NCBI GenBank assembly: GCA_965153285.1
Contig: OZ229114.1
From: Podarcis tiliguerta
Lineage: Eukaryota
DNA: 64,000 nt
Direction: 5' to 3' (one strand)
Within the stretch, counting starts at the first letter, position 1. Each line of letters begins with the position of its first letter. Shown here piece by piece: positions 48,587 through 61,619 of the stretch. Below the pieces are notes generated by a model, which saw nothing but the letters and a program-made list of their open reading frames with translations, was not told the origin of the DNA and made no database searches. The position numbers and the translations under genes are program-made.

Positions 48587-51439
48587 GCTTATAAAGTTTG
48601 CTGTCAAACTTTGTTCACCATGGATATTTGTTTATTGATGGGAGGGAATGGAAATTGAATGCAATTGTAGGGCAGTTAGGAGCCCAGACAAAATGTTGTT
48701 GGTGGTAGTGACACAAATTAGAAAGGACTTTGATACAGGGTTTTATATTTTTAGAAATACTTCTTTCCTTTCTCTCTCTTAAAGAAATGTAAGACTGTAT
48801 ATGGTAATTTACTACTAGGCAAAGCTTGAATAAGATGTTCGTCTATTTTTGTTCTCAATTATTTCCTTTTGCTATTTTTGTCTTGATAAAATTGAAATTG
48901 TTGGTGAGGTGTTAATTTCCTCCCCCACAATCTTCATATAATCCCTGAATAGAAGCTTATTACTGGCAGGTATTTATTCTGGGCAAACATAATTTGCCTC
49001 TTCCTGTATTATTATAGGAATGGAATGCAGTACAGGATTTTAATTCAGTTTTCTGCCAACTTTATTTTGGATTCTTCTGAGTCGGTGGGGCCATTATCAG
49101 CACCAGAGCCCCAGTATAGCAAAGGTTTTTTTTTTTGGTTTTTTGTTTTCGTATTTGTAAGTAGGCTATATGTGGATCACTTGTTGGATTAGGCATAAAT
49201 CAGATGTGCCTGCTGATTGAGTCTGGTTTAGGACATATCGACTTTACTGTGCTGTTCATGGGTTGTGAACAGCTAAGTGTTTACCCATGTTATAGGTTGT
49301 ACCATGCAGGATGTGAAACCACAGGAGGGGAAGTACATGTAACCTCTGCATGGCAGGGGCTGAAATAGCAGCTGTAGTTTCTTTCCTTCCCTGACATGTG
49401 TCAACTTCCATCATTACCCCATTCTCCCACCTCCAATTCTGAGTAGGAGAAGTGCCCTTACTCTCAATTGACTTCATCTGTCCACGGTGCAGTCACATGA
49501 TGCTACGAATAATGATATTTTAAAAACCCCTGGAAGTATGGCTGGGGTGCAGGGACTCATTTGATTGAGATGCTCGCAGTCTCAGGGTTATGTGATAATT
49601 ATACCATGATAGGGTCTCATAGTAATTGATATTGCATGCACATATACTGCCAGCTGATGCATTAATAATGTTAAATACATCTGAAAAAGGGAATAAAAAG
49701 AGAGAATAATTCAAAGAGGAACCAACAGTGAGTCTCCTAAAGCACCTAGAGTACTGATTTTATTTGAAACACCTTTTTAAAGAGGTACGGTGGGAAAAAC
49801 TAACGTGATTATCTTGAGAGACTGAGTTCCACACTGTGAGGTCCTGTTTGCTCACTGACTTAGGGCAAAATCCCAGGACAGCCGATAGTTTCTGAATATC
49901 TGCTCTTCCCACTGTTGTTTAAATGCAGTACATATTTTGGTTTTGGTTTTCTAAATGAACTTTTCAAAGAATAATCCGGGAAAGAGAAGACAGGTTGATG
50001 ACTCTGAGGAAGTTCTTCTTTTTGTCATGAGAACCTTGTGTCTTACTGTTGAATAAGCAGAAGCTACTTCCTCAACAATGGACAATCTTTTTTTTAAGGA
50101 AGGCAGTACAAATCAGACTCAGTTCATTGTTTTTCACTGATTCAGATATGTGGAATTTTCATGGCCTAACAGCTAAATTATTTGATGGTTATGTTTCTTC
50201 TAGGGCCCAACTGAGGCCCATAGAACAGAACCACAGAACTCTCATCCTAACACCAGTGCCACTGCAACTTATTTGGACAGGACTGGGTCAAGGATTTGTT
50301 CTGCCAGTGTGCCCATGTCGCCCCAGCCTCCCCCCTGCTTTGCCCCATCCCAGTAAGCCCAGTTACCAGTGCCAGTATCGAGAGGGTGGTTTTACAGCTC
50401 CGCCCCACCACGTAGACCACTAGAACCCTTGGCTTATGCTGGTGGAAATGTTTTGCAAATTCTTTGTGCAGCTGAATGGGCAAGCTGGTTTTAAATAAAT
50501 CACACTTGCCAGTTGACTGGTTGCAGTAAAAGCTTTCAGTATATTTCTTGTCCCTCATGAATGCATGTTCCTGCCTAGAAACACTGCAAACAAACCTACA
50601 ATATTATTTATTAAAAATTTGTATTAAAAATTTCACCTGCTCATACATAAGTGTGAGTCAACTGAGAGACACAAACCAACTTTTTCTTCGTTTTACAAAT
50701 CCTCCTCACTTCATAACGTTAAAAGTATATTTGCTTGCCCCTGGTGAGTGGCAGTTTACAAACTTGGTCTGTAGGAATGTGAAACTTTCCATATTCAAAA
50801 TTAGAAACACCTTCACTTCCAATAAAACATCAAGGATTGTCAGAAATCCCATTCCTGCTGTGGTGTAGGTCATACTAACCTTACTATCCAAGATTACCTG
50901 TATGGGATATAGGCTCTGACTTGATTTAGCTTACTCAAACTTTCTCAGGTGGTTGGTATAATTTATTGCGGTTGTAATTTAAAGAAAGTACATTGTTGCA
51001 AAGGTATTGCACATAAGTACAACAGGCTTTGCCCAACGGATATGAGCTAAGATTACATTGCCATTCCTCTCCAAAATATTAGGCATAGTTGCATCTGTGC
51101 ACTGCATACAGAGTGTGCTTTAATTAAGCAGAAGATGTTGATGGAACCCATTTGGTTTTTGTGTTTGAGCTTTGCCAAAATGTCGCTGCCTTTTCAATGG
51201 TATAAGCTGACACCTACACAATAGCAAGCTATAGAGTAATTGGAGTGAACTATACTACGACTTATTACTACCAAAGTCTCAACAGATTTTTGCTCTTATT
51301 TCCTGGGGATGGCTCTAGCTTCCAGTAGCTGCTCAGTGCTCACTATGTTTTTGTTCACTATATTTTTGTTACCTTGCTTTACTTGTGTCCTCCTGTCCCA
51401 GACCTTCTGCTCCCTATGATATATTTGAAATGATTTTAT

Positions 51440-51762
51440 ATATGTCCCATCAATGGCTGAAGCATGAGTGGTCAGGATAAGAGAGAGAGGGCCTTCTCCG
51501 TTGTTGCACCCTGATTATGGAATATCTCACCCTATGTAACCTGTGACTTTTTTTAAGAAAAACCCACAACTGGTTAAAATTTCCCAGTTCTGGCAAGCAT
51601 TTCTCTCACTTAGCTGATGATGATGGTGAGAGGCCCTCACATTGGAAATGTTTTTCAGTGCTTCCATTTTTATGTTGTTGCTTTTATTTCTTTTATGGAC
51701 TTGTTTTGTTTTAAATTGTTGCAAGGGATGCAAATGTATTGAAAGGGCAAGGTATAACATTT
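51440..51762 (+). mobile_element. Old L2 LINE 3' end
   Basis: GAGGGCCTTCTCCGTTGTTGCACCCTGATTATGGAAT encodes RAFSVVAP*LWN, a typical L2 ORF2 end, followed by a T-rich UTR. Confidence 0.6.
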
Positions 51763-51766
51763 CAAA

Positions 51767-51790
51767 ACACACACACACACACACACACAC
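51767..51790 (+). repeat. (AC)12 microsatellite
   Basis: Read directly. Confidence 0.95.
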
Positions 51791-52248
51791 AATTTGGATT
51801 CTGTTAGCTGGAAAGATTCTTCAGGAAACTTTGGATAGAAGACTCTATAAAACTGTCTGAGCTGCAGCGTATCTAGATTGTGAGCTCTTTAAAATGGGGA
51901 GGTAAGCTGTGTTTTGGTTTCCCTACCCCCTGGCACACTGAAATCCTGATTTAAATTGTGTCCTCTCAGTGGTGAAGGAATAAATAATTTAATACTGTGA
52001 GGTGAAGCAGTACATGAAAATTGTAAGTGGATAAGTTGTCAAATTGAACACACAATTAGAAATGCAGTTTATGTCAGAACTTCTTCTTTTTTTAAAAAAA
52101 AACCCTGCTCTGTTCTGTGTGGATTTTCAAAAAAATAAATAGGAGCTTTATTCTGTCAAATCCTCACATTGGTGCCCTGCTTGGACACTTTTCCTTTGCT
52201 GGTTTTTCTTTCTTTCCTTCCCCCCACCTCTCTTCCCCCTCCCTTGTG

Positions 52249-52270
52249 CTCTCTCTCTCTCTCTCTCTCT
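52249..52270 (+). repeat. (CT)11 microsatellite
   Basis: Read directly. Confidence 0.93.
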
Positions 52271-54563
52271 TTTTGGCCAGGATTTTAACATATATCACAG
52301 GCTGGTAGGCTAAGAGCCTGGGACTTCCCCTCACCACACTTGGAGCCTTTGATCTTTTGCTTTGGAGGTAACATCAAAAGGATGGCTGAGAAAGACAGCC
52401 AGGCTGTGAAGTTCAACATTCAAGTTAATAGCTTGACTGAAGGTTGTGCTGCATTGCTGGAGCTGGAGTAAACATGGGCAATTCAGCAACATTTCCCTGG
52501 AAACTGACCTAAATGTTGTGTATTAAAAAAAAAGGAGAGAGCTTAATTTGCATTAGGATGAATGACAGCTTTTTTCCTCTTTTTTAAAAAATGAAACTTC
52601 TACAGTCATGAGCACTATGCAATAAAGAACTCAAATGATTCATGTGGTATTGCAGGCATGGCATTTAGTGATCATAGCAACCTGCCTTGTCTAGATACTG
52701 CGCTTCACAACCAGGCCCTCCTATTTACATGGATTGGTTGTCAGTTTTGATATTTTCCCTGCCTCATCAATATGATCACAGTAGTGGAAAGTAGTCAGAT
52801 GCAGAATGCACAAGCCAAAAGACTTTCTGCGTGAATCCAGGCTGCATCTTGACCAAACACTATAAAATAATATGCACAGGATCTAGCCTCACTTTCAGAA
52901 TTCTAAAAATGCCCTTCATTTTTTATTTTATTTTAAAAAGTGTGTTTCTAGACCTCATGTATATGAACAAGGGGGACAAAGAAGGAGAAATATTGGAGGA
53001 TGTGACTAAAGACTGAGAAGCCAATAGGAGAATCTCCAAGGGGATTCCAATGTTAGGCAGTCTTTCTGCCTTCTGCTTTCATACTGCTGCCAAGTATCTC
53101 ATTGTCTTTCTTCTTTAAGTGACATAATGCCATTGGGATAGACAATGGGTGGGTTTTTTTGGTAGACCAAATACAGAAACATGGAAGCATTTGTAGCTCA
53201 GTGGTAAAGCACATACTTTGTATTTAGAAGGTTCCAGAAAAATGGATCAGGCAGCAGGTGATGTGAAAGGCCTCTTCCAATCTAAGGAGACAACAGTGGA
53301 CTAGAAGCCCAAATCTAACAGAATGCCCACTGTTAATCATCTGTTTCAATAAAGAATAAGATTTTGGGAATTTGCCCTGTATAATAGATATCACCACCAC
53401 CACCATCACTTATCTACGTTGTTTTGTTGTTGTTGTTGTTATTACTATTTACAGCAAACTCACACAATGGATGCATTTGCACTTGGCTTGTCTGTGAGCT
53501 GTTTCTGGATTTGCACACAGTGGAAAGCTATGGTTAACAGCTGAATTCTGGATTGTTCAGCCACTCGCTTACTGGGTAGAGGAAGGTAGAGAACAAGGCC
53601 AGAGTGCGGAGGGAACATTTTCGCCACTGGTCACGACAGATTGCCTTGCGTTGGCTTGAGCCACCACGCATCATCTCAGGAAGATGGTTCAGTAGATTAG
53701 CTGCTATTGGATCATTGCATATTCTTTAGTAAAGCCTGACACAACATTTGTGTGAGTTGTAAGCTTCTTATGTGCAGGACAGCGGATTACACTGCCAGGA
53801 CCTTGCATTCAAAGGTCTTTTAAGTCGAAAGGTCCCTAAGGTGACTGCCTTTGCCACACATGCAAATGTCTGAGTGAAGTAGCCTTATTCAAATAGTGTG
53901 TGATGCAGTAATATTGTGTGTGCGTGTGTGATATGCATGTTCATAGACACAGTGCGAACTAGAGGCTGTTATATTTTTCTGTTGCACAGCTAGAGACTAG
54001 AATAGAGTTTTCTATTTGAGGTGTTAGTATCTATTATGAAATGAGGCAGAGTAATCAAATTATCTTAGTTTGCAGCTACACATATGCAAGTTATTTTATC
54101 TTCTAAAGGATAGGTGGATAATAAGTCCTCTCTGTATTTCTCCTAACCAATTGTACCCCCTGCTTGAACCTTGAAAACTTACTGTGGACTCTCATAAAAT
54201 ATAAGATTATAACATGTTATAAGATTGGAGCCTTTGCTTTACTGGCTGTTCAGTAAATACATTGGTGTCTCTTGGATATGCCCTGAGGCGCTGAAACCTG
54301 AGGCCTGCCCACATCTTGAGTTCTACTTTCCTGCTTGCAAAGTGCCTCTGGCTAGTGGAGCTGTCGATTTCTCCCACCCCCTTCCCTTCCCTCCTAATAA
54401 AAAGATTTTTTTGTTGCTTAAATAAAAAAAAAAGGTTGAACAGCTGTAATTAAATTCAACAGTTTCTCCAGTTTCAAATCGTGTTAAAGCTTGACATTTT
54501 TCATTGACAAAAGGTTTTAAACCTTGGATATTTGATTTAATGTGTGTGTCTATTTTAAGTGTG

Positions 54564-54575
54564 ACACACACACAC

Positions 54576-54611
<36 letters not shown>
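54564..54611 (+). repeat. Compound (AC)n(GA)15 microsatellite
   Basis: Read directly. Confidence 0.95.
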
Positions 54612-54613
<2 letters not shown>

Positions 54614-54716
54614 CATGCACAAAGTATCCAAATTCAAGAGGCACAAATATGGATGCAGAGAGCAGGAGCTTCCAGATGTGCATATCTCCTGCTGTTTGCT
54701 ATAAGATGCAAATTGA

Positions 54717-54849
54717 CAGAGAACGATATGGTTGGACAATGTTCTCGAAACTACCAACCTGAATTTGACGAAACTGCGGGAGGCAGGAGTGCCTAGCGTG
54801 CTCTGGTCCATGGCGTCATGAAGAGTTGGACACAACTAAACAACAATAA
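54717..54849 (+). mobile_element. BovB (RTE) LINE 3' end, 5'-truncated
   Basis: Reads GATATGGTTGGACA...CCTAGCGTGCTCTGGTCCATGGCGTCATGAAGAGTTGGACACAACTAAACAACAA. Flanking direct repeat CAAATTGA (54709-54716 / 54850-54857). Confidence 0.85.
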
Positions 54850-56124
54850 CAAATTGATTGGCCAACACATATATCCTCTTTACTTTGTGATTCAGGAAGA
54901 TTTCTACTGTTGCTATCAAGTAAGCCCAGAAGAGTAAAATCATGAGATGCAGATTTTAATAGGTCACCCCTTTTCTCCTTTGCACAGTTAAAGGAAAAGA
55001 TAGTCAAATGCCCACAGGTGTAGGAGAGTTGGTAGATGTATAGGTGAGTGATGAAGCAGGGGAATAAATTTACTTCCAGCACTTACTGCAGTAGATTTAA
55101 CTAGTGGCAACTGGAAATGGATTGTTGCTAAATTGTAATAGTATTTGATGAGGAGTGAAGAAGAAACAGTAAAGAAGTGGGGAGGAGTCTATCAAATGGC
55201 AATTACAGATTTTTTTAAAGGCAAGGGTAGCTTAGAGAAGACAGTTTGTGGGACTTTGTTATTATACTTCCGCATATAGGAAGTAGAACGATGGAAAGCA
55301 CAAAGACTGGAAAGGGCAACAAAAATATAACAGGCTTGTAGTAGGTGAATCTCTGAGAGTTTTAGAAGGTGTCATAAGGTGAGAAGAAGGTTGTTGTGAA
55401 ACTGAAGGATGTAGAGCTTTTAAAATAATGACTAGTGCTCTGGAAGCGTAGCAGGGATTTCAAAAGATGGCCACCATAAGCCTAACTCAGGCGTTACTTG
55501 TATATATGGTGTTGTTATGATTATTTTTGAACACACGAAAGCTCTTGGATCAGGCCAGTGGTCCATCTAGTCTAGCATCTTGTGGCCAGCCTCTGTGTGG
55601 TTAGAGCCTCTGCTACCCTTTCTCTTCAGACAGCTGCAGGCCATGGTTGTTTGAGGGAGGAGACAAAATGTTGCTAAAAGTTCAGTCCCCACAGTCGTGC
55701 CCTACAAGTGAGTGATATGCCTCAGTAGGGCTGCAGTTATCAAGGGCGGAGAGAGGTTTTGTGAATTTTCTAAAGAGAAGCCACAGATGCAGGAATGGTT
55801 AGTTAAGAAAATGGTTCAGTATCATACGGAAGAACAAGGCATATTCTAGGGATTTAACTCGCAGAGATGAAATACCAAATCTTGGAGTTGTTGGACAGAA
55901 AGAAACTGGTATGGCTTGGGTGGGAGGGAAAAGGAAGAAGAAAAGTGTTCATAAATGTGTGGCTCGGATATGTAGGGAGATGGTATAAGCCCAACCATAG
56001 CAGAGAAATGTGGGCTGTAGGTCCATGAGGATTATAGTTTTGTATGGTTTTGCTGAATCGTAGCTACTTAGAATGTTATACAATGCTGGCTAAAGAATGA
56101 CCTATGTATCAAAGGCACCTCACT

Positions 56125-56285
56125 TTGAATCACTACCATGCTACCCACTCACTAGCTTGACTTAGGCCCGCTTCTGTTTTCATCTCAGCCTCAGTTTGCC
56201 ATTGCAACATGGAGGTGGTAATCCTGATTTACTTACTCTGCAAGAATTACGACGAGTTAATGTCTGAGAAATGTATAGGATACTC
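56125..56285 (+). mobile_element. MIR/CORE SINE relic
   Basis: CTCAGCCTCAGTTTGCCATTGCAACATGGAGGTGGTAAT resembles the CORE domain. Confidence 0.45.
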
Positions 56286-56446
56286 TTAAGGCTCAGTACT
56301 ATTTCTATTACCCAATAGATGTAGGTCTTAATAGGACTTACAGTGGGATTACACTGTAAAAACCATGCCATTATTTTTGCTAACATTTTACTCATTATTT
56401 GAGCTTTATCTATATTTTGTGTTTTCTAACATCGCAACTAGAAGTA

Positions 56447-56636
56447 CAATAATACCTTGGTTCTTGAACGCCTTGGTACTCACACGTTTTGGCTCCCAAA
56501 TGCCACAAACACGGAAGTAAGTGTTCTGGTTTGCGAACATTTTTGCAACGCAGCTTCCGATTGGCTGCAGGAAGCTGTGGTTTTCGAACCGTTTCGGGAG
56601 TTGAACGGATTGAGTTCAAGAACCAAGGAATGACTG
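56447..56636. mobile_element. Tigger/pogo-like MITE
   Basis: TA TSD. TIRs are CAATAATACCTTGGTTCTTGAAC / GTTCAAGAACCAAGGAATGACTG. Confidence 0.85.
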
Positions 56637-57589
56637 TACTATCTATCATCATGTTTTGATATAAGTGGCATGATGATTGAGACAGACTCTAGATGTGCTG
56701 TGGCTCTTGGCTTATGTTGATGAGATGAGGTGTCTATATGGGATATGAGCAGCCTTTGAACAGTAATGCATTTATTGGCATTGTGCATTCTTTTTAGCGG
56801 TTCTGCTGAGAAGTATTTTGGCCACCGTTAATGCTCTTTAACCAAATGATTGACAATGTGCAAGTATCTACAAAATTTACTATCTCATTTTGGAGTGCTG
56901 TTTATTTTGTTTCACATGTATGCTCTCTACTGGTTTGTTGCTGCCGACTGCATAGCTGACTGTACTGCAAATATAGCTGAATCCTTCTTGTTTTAACCTT
57001 TATGTAGTGGAGTTATTTTAAGTAAAGCTGCTTTAAAAATAAACAAGGTATATTCCTATTTTATTTGTGTGTGTGCGTGCCTGTTTGCACTCGTGCACTT
57101 GCATAACGACAAAATGTGAACAGTGGCCTGTCATATTTCCTGAAAACCACACTCCTTTAAATAAAAATCAATATCAAAAGTAACCTTGTGGGTGACGCCT
57201 GTTATTTACAGCTGATCTATGCTTAGGAACAAGTGTATCCTTTCAGGTTATTTAAAGGTTTTAAAAGTCCACGGGCCCCTTATATTCCCTCTTTGCTGTA
57301 GCCTAAGGGCTGAGAGTGTTTGGCCCATAGTTGAATATTGTGGGTTAGTGGAGTGGGTGGGAGTGGCTTAGTGGTTGAGATGCCTGTGGTGCTGTTTTGT
57401 CTACTGGGGGGAAATGTGGTCAGAGGTTCTCAGTCAGTGTGCTGGGCATTCTTCAGCCTGGAAATGAGAGAGGAGGCATTCACATTGCTTCCTACCTCTC
57501 CTTGTCCCCCCCACACCCTGCAAGAATCCCTCTCATCCACTACCACAAATATTTGGCACAGGGAACAAATGTCAGCAAGGAAGAAGGCC

Positions 57590-57900
57590 AAATTATGTCC
57601 TTTAACGCTCCACCTTCTGTGTTTTGCTTATTACATCTTCTTGGGAGGAGGCTTAACTGCGTTTTAAGCCTGGAAAGCGCCGCTCATTAATATTAAAATG
57701 TTCATGTTTACTGCTTATTTACTGGCCTCTTGTCTTGCGTAATATTTTGATTTCGATAAAATGAAAACAAATCAATACAAGCCTCATTAATCATTAATGT
57801 TTTACATGGTGAAGCTGCTTTGCCGGTTTAGATCACTGTATGCATTAAACTCATTCCTGCATGTTCCGTTCCCGGAAGTTCAAAAAGACTGTTATTACTG
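57590..57900. promoter_or_regulatory. Candidate enhancer or CNE
   Basis: AT-rich yet has 9 CpGs. Contains FOX, ONECUT, HNF1-like, STAT (TTCCCGGAA) and ETS (CCGGAAGT) motifs. Conservation is not tested. Confidence 0.4.
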
Positions 57901-58057
57901 GTGTGATTTTTTTTTTTTTTTTTGCACCAAACGCCAGTAACTGTTTCCACTAATCTTTTTTATATATTTTAAAAAACTGTTGGCCACCTTTTCAACAAAA
58001 CAACAGTTCTATCGGCTAAACTGGCATTAGGGATTTAAACCAAAGTACCTCAGCCAA

Positions 58058-58412
58058 GGGACACGGGTGGCGCTGTGGGTTAAACCACAGAGCCTAGGCC
58101 TTGCCAATCAGAAGGTCAGCGGTTCGAATCCCCATGACGGGGTGAGCTCCCGTTGCTCAGTCCCTGCTCCTGCCAACCTAGCAGTTCGAAAACACGTCAA
58201 AGTGCAAATAGATAAATAGATACTGCTCTGGCTGGAAGGTAAACAGCGTTTCCATGTAATGCTCTGGTTTGCCAGAAGCGGCTTTGTCATGCTGGCCACA
58301 TGACCCGGAAGCTGCATGCCGGCTCCTTTGGCCAATAAAGCGAGATGAGTGCCGCAAGCCCAGAGTCGGTCACGACTGGACCTAATGGTAAGGGGTCCCT
58401 TTACCTTTACTT
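58058..58412 (+). mobile_element. Full-length Sauria SINE (Squam1, lacertid-type)
   Basis: Pol III box A GTGGCGCTGTGG, box B GGTTCGAATCC, (ACCTTT)-type tail, and 12-bp TSD TACCTCAGCCAA (58046-58057 / 58413-58424). Confidence 0.95.
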
Positions 58413-61160
58413 TACCTCAGCCAAACCAAGCCCAAGATCTGCTACATCCTATATCACTCACCCTGGAAGATGTGGCCTCACTCTTGCACTCTTAATTTAC
58501 ATTCAATAATTTCAGTGAGTTTGCTCAGACTTAGTTGGAGTCAACCCTCTGTCAAGAGCAGTATGCCAATATAAAAATTCTTTCTGATTTTTAGAATTTC
58601 GATAGAAATTCACTTATGTAGAGGAAGAAAAGCAACAACTTTAACCGGTTCCTATACAAAAAGAGGTTTCTCCTTTCCTGCCTATTGCTCAAACTGTATT
58701 AAAAAGTGTGTTGATTGAAATGCTGAGCTTTTGAGGGGATAGCCTATATTTCTCCAGCAAACCAAAAGGGTTTGTTTTCCCAAACATCATTTCCACAATT
58801 CTTTTAATCCCCCCACCCCAGGGTTCACTTTGAGTGGTTTGTTCCTTCACATCTGAACATTTCGTGAAATAATTTGGGCTGGTGTTGGCTGGTAGGGAGG
58901 CTGTGGGCCTGCGCTGAGTGACTTGGATTAGACATTTGTAGTGTCCTATCAAATCACAAGTGTGTGGAGATAGTTAACCATTGTGCGAGGATTTCAGCCT
59001 TGCATCTTTTACTTTTCTAATGGACAATTGAGACATTCAAGCTTATGGGTTGAAAGGAAAATGGGTGCAAGTGGTTTTGCTGGCCTCCCAGGCTAATGCT
59101 GTAGAAGAAGCAAATAGAGAAAAGGATTATTGATAGGGGAAACAACTGGTCTTGAATCCTGGGAGGGAATGTTTATTTCTCTGCTCTCTAGGAGGGATTT
59201 GGAAAGAGCTGTAATCCTGGGTTAGGAGTAATTTGTTACAGCAAGATGATACTTGAGTGGCAGGAGGTTTCTGGCTGAGGCAGCAAGAATTTTTTTTAAA
59301 AAAATTTATTGTTCAGGGGAGTAGCTGGTCTCTTCCGAAGGTCAGCCTGACATAAATCCCCCACCCTGAAAATTTTGTTTCACAACTGACAAAATTAACC
59401 AAGAGGACAGTTGACCTTTTTGCATCATCCTAGGGCATCTGTGCACACACATCCTCCCTCTTCCCTCCCTTCCCCCCAAAAAAGGTTTCAACGAAAAGAA
59501 TGTGCAGAAGAATGAGAGCACAGTGAAAAGTTTAAGTTTTCTGCTGGGACTTTAAAAGCATTCCCACCTTCTCCTGTGAGACCAGAATGTTTCTGTTTTT
59601 AATATTAGCTCAGCAACTTCCAATCTTTTTTTCTGTTTTACTGAGATGACATTTTCGGTATTAAAGCATCCTGCTTGTTTTTCTATTTCCCCACTGACCC
59701 TAGGGAAGAGAGAATTTTGCAAGTCTCTGGGTTGTTGGTTTTGGGGGGTTTTTTTGGTGAGAGAGAGAGAGAGAGAGAGGCAGTAATCTTTGGAGCCAAA
59801 TGTTTTGAAGTAACCCCTTGTTACAGTGAAGGCCCATTCACAGGAAAAGCCACAAAGGACGTGACAGAAAATTCAGTTTGAAATTTTATGGGTTTACTTA
59901 AGAGCATATTTAGCAATTCATTCCTTTTTTTGTCATGTTCAACATTAGGAGAAAACTGGATTACTCATGTTTAAAATGACCCCTGTAGTCATCATAGTAG
60001 TATGCTAGAGGTAGTAGTACTTGGAAGTTAAGAAAAGAAAATGAATTAAGCATAAAAGTACATCTATCATTAAGTAGACTAGTGTTAGTGATAGCAAAAT
60101 TGATATGGGGAAAATAATAGTCCAAGGAATTGTAATTAAAAACATGGAGGCTGACGCTGTAGTGGGCATTTTTAAGAGTGACTAAGTGGATGAGAGGAGT
60201 TGCTTTAAGTCTTTTAAAGCACCTGAAGATGTCCCCCAAACCAGTTTTACTCCAGCTGGGCTCCAAAACTGTCATTAAGCATAGATACAGGAAAAAAATT
60301 ATGTGAGGAATCAAAAGCAAATCTGGGGGAGTGCAGCTGGTGAGCTTGCACCCGGTGCAGAGCTTCTGGGGTGCTGCAGGGAGCGCCACATCTATGACAT
60401 CTAGTGGAAGGCAAGAGGCAGGGCGCACATGCCAGATTTTAGCATTGCACAGGATGCTGCTGAAATTTGAGATGCCCAGGTCCACGACTAGTGAGATTAA
60501 TGCAAGGAGAAACAGGGAAGATGGGAAAATTAATAAACCATTTTTCTCTCCACCAATTCTCCACTACAGCCACTACTCCACCACCATCATATTCATGTTA
60601 TCTCCATAAAAGTGAGTTGGAACATGAGTATGTCAAGTTAACAGCATTATTGTTAGCTTCCATATTTGTGGTTTACACGGGGAGGGAGGAGCAGAACTGT
60701 ATCCTCCAGCCCCTTCCTGACATTTTCATGGGTGCTGCAGACCATCAGAAAGGAAATTTCATGTATGTACACCCATAAGCGTACCCCTGTAGTCAGGAAC
60801 CTTCCATGTTCTAGATTCCTGATCAGCTAGAGGGTATGTGTGCATATAACTTTATGTATGTAGGCTTTGTTTCCCAGTGCTTTAGTAAGCACTTGGAGAT
60901 TGTGAGGTCATAGACATGCTGCTATAAGGGGAAGGTGTGCACCCAGTGATGAATAGCACATGCATGCAGAGATTCCAATGAATAATCCTAATGTGTAGCT
61001 GTTCCTTGAGAGTGGCACCACATAGTCATTTCTTATTTAAAAGTGGCTTAGAAAATATGGCTTCGTTGGGACCACTCTCCTTACATATTGGGTTATTTGC
61101 TGACTGTGAAATCTGAGTGTTGAGCTCTCTCAGAAATTGTTATTTTGTTGTTGTCGTTGT

Positions 61161-61335
61161 CAGGCAGGCCACCTTGAATAAAATATTGGGGTGCAGGTAA
61201 GTCCCGCTTGCATAATCAATCACAAAACATGGCGCGTGAACACCATTTGAATGGCAATGCCTGTCTACTGGAGGGGGGCCCTCAATTATTTTATTGGGGG
61301 CAGGGGCGAAGGGACCTCGGTCACAAGGAGTTTTA
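61161..61335. mobile_element. Probable non-autonomous DNA element
   Basis: GC-richer island with repeated TATTGGGG motifs and an AATAAAATA / TATTTTATT inverted pair. Ends and TSD are not resolved. Confidence 0.35.
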
Positions 61336-61619
61336 GTGTTACAGGCACATTACTATTTGAAGCTGGATCTCATTCGGTTGGAGCCAAAGCTGTTTTTCTT
61401 GCCCTTTCCCTCCTGATAATAGTTCCCTGAACTCCTGAAAAGGTGTTCTAGAGAGGACCAGGAAGCCTTTGGAGTGAAGTAGGAGGCTACTATGGAAATG
61501 GGAGGTAGCAGAACTAGGTCAGGGGCAGATGAAGTAGGGTGTGAAGCTGGAACATTCTGGATACAATGGCATGGTGCCCTTTCCCACACAGCAGAGCTCA
61601 GCCTACTGCTTTATTTTCT

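Noticed and set aside
52281-52304. Possible 24-nt microexon (cag|GATTTT...AGGCTG|gtaggc)
   Set aside because: The pyrimidine tract is largely a CT microsatellite, the donor is mediocre and the peptide is unrecognised. It would need RNA-seq support.
58058-58135. tRNA gene (A and B boxes present)
   Set aside because: This is the tRNA-derived head of a Sauria SINE with body, tail and TSD.
613-59303. Recurring T-run/A-run palindromes and poly-G/poly-C runs
   Set aside because: These are common low-complexity features of vertebrate genomes with no regular spacing here.
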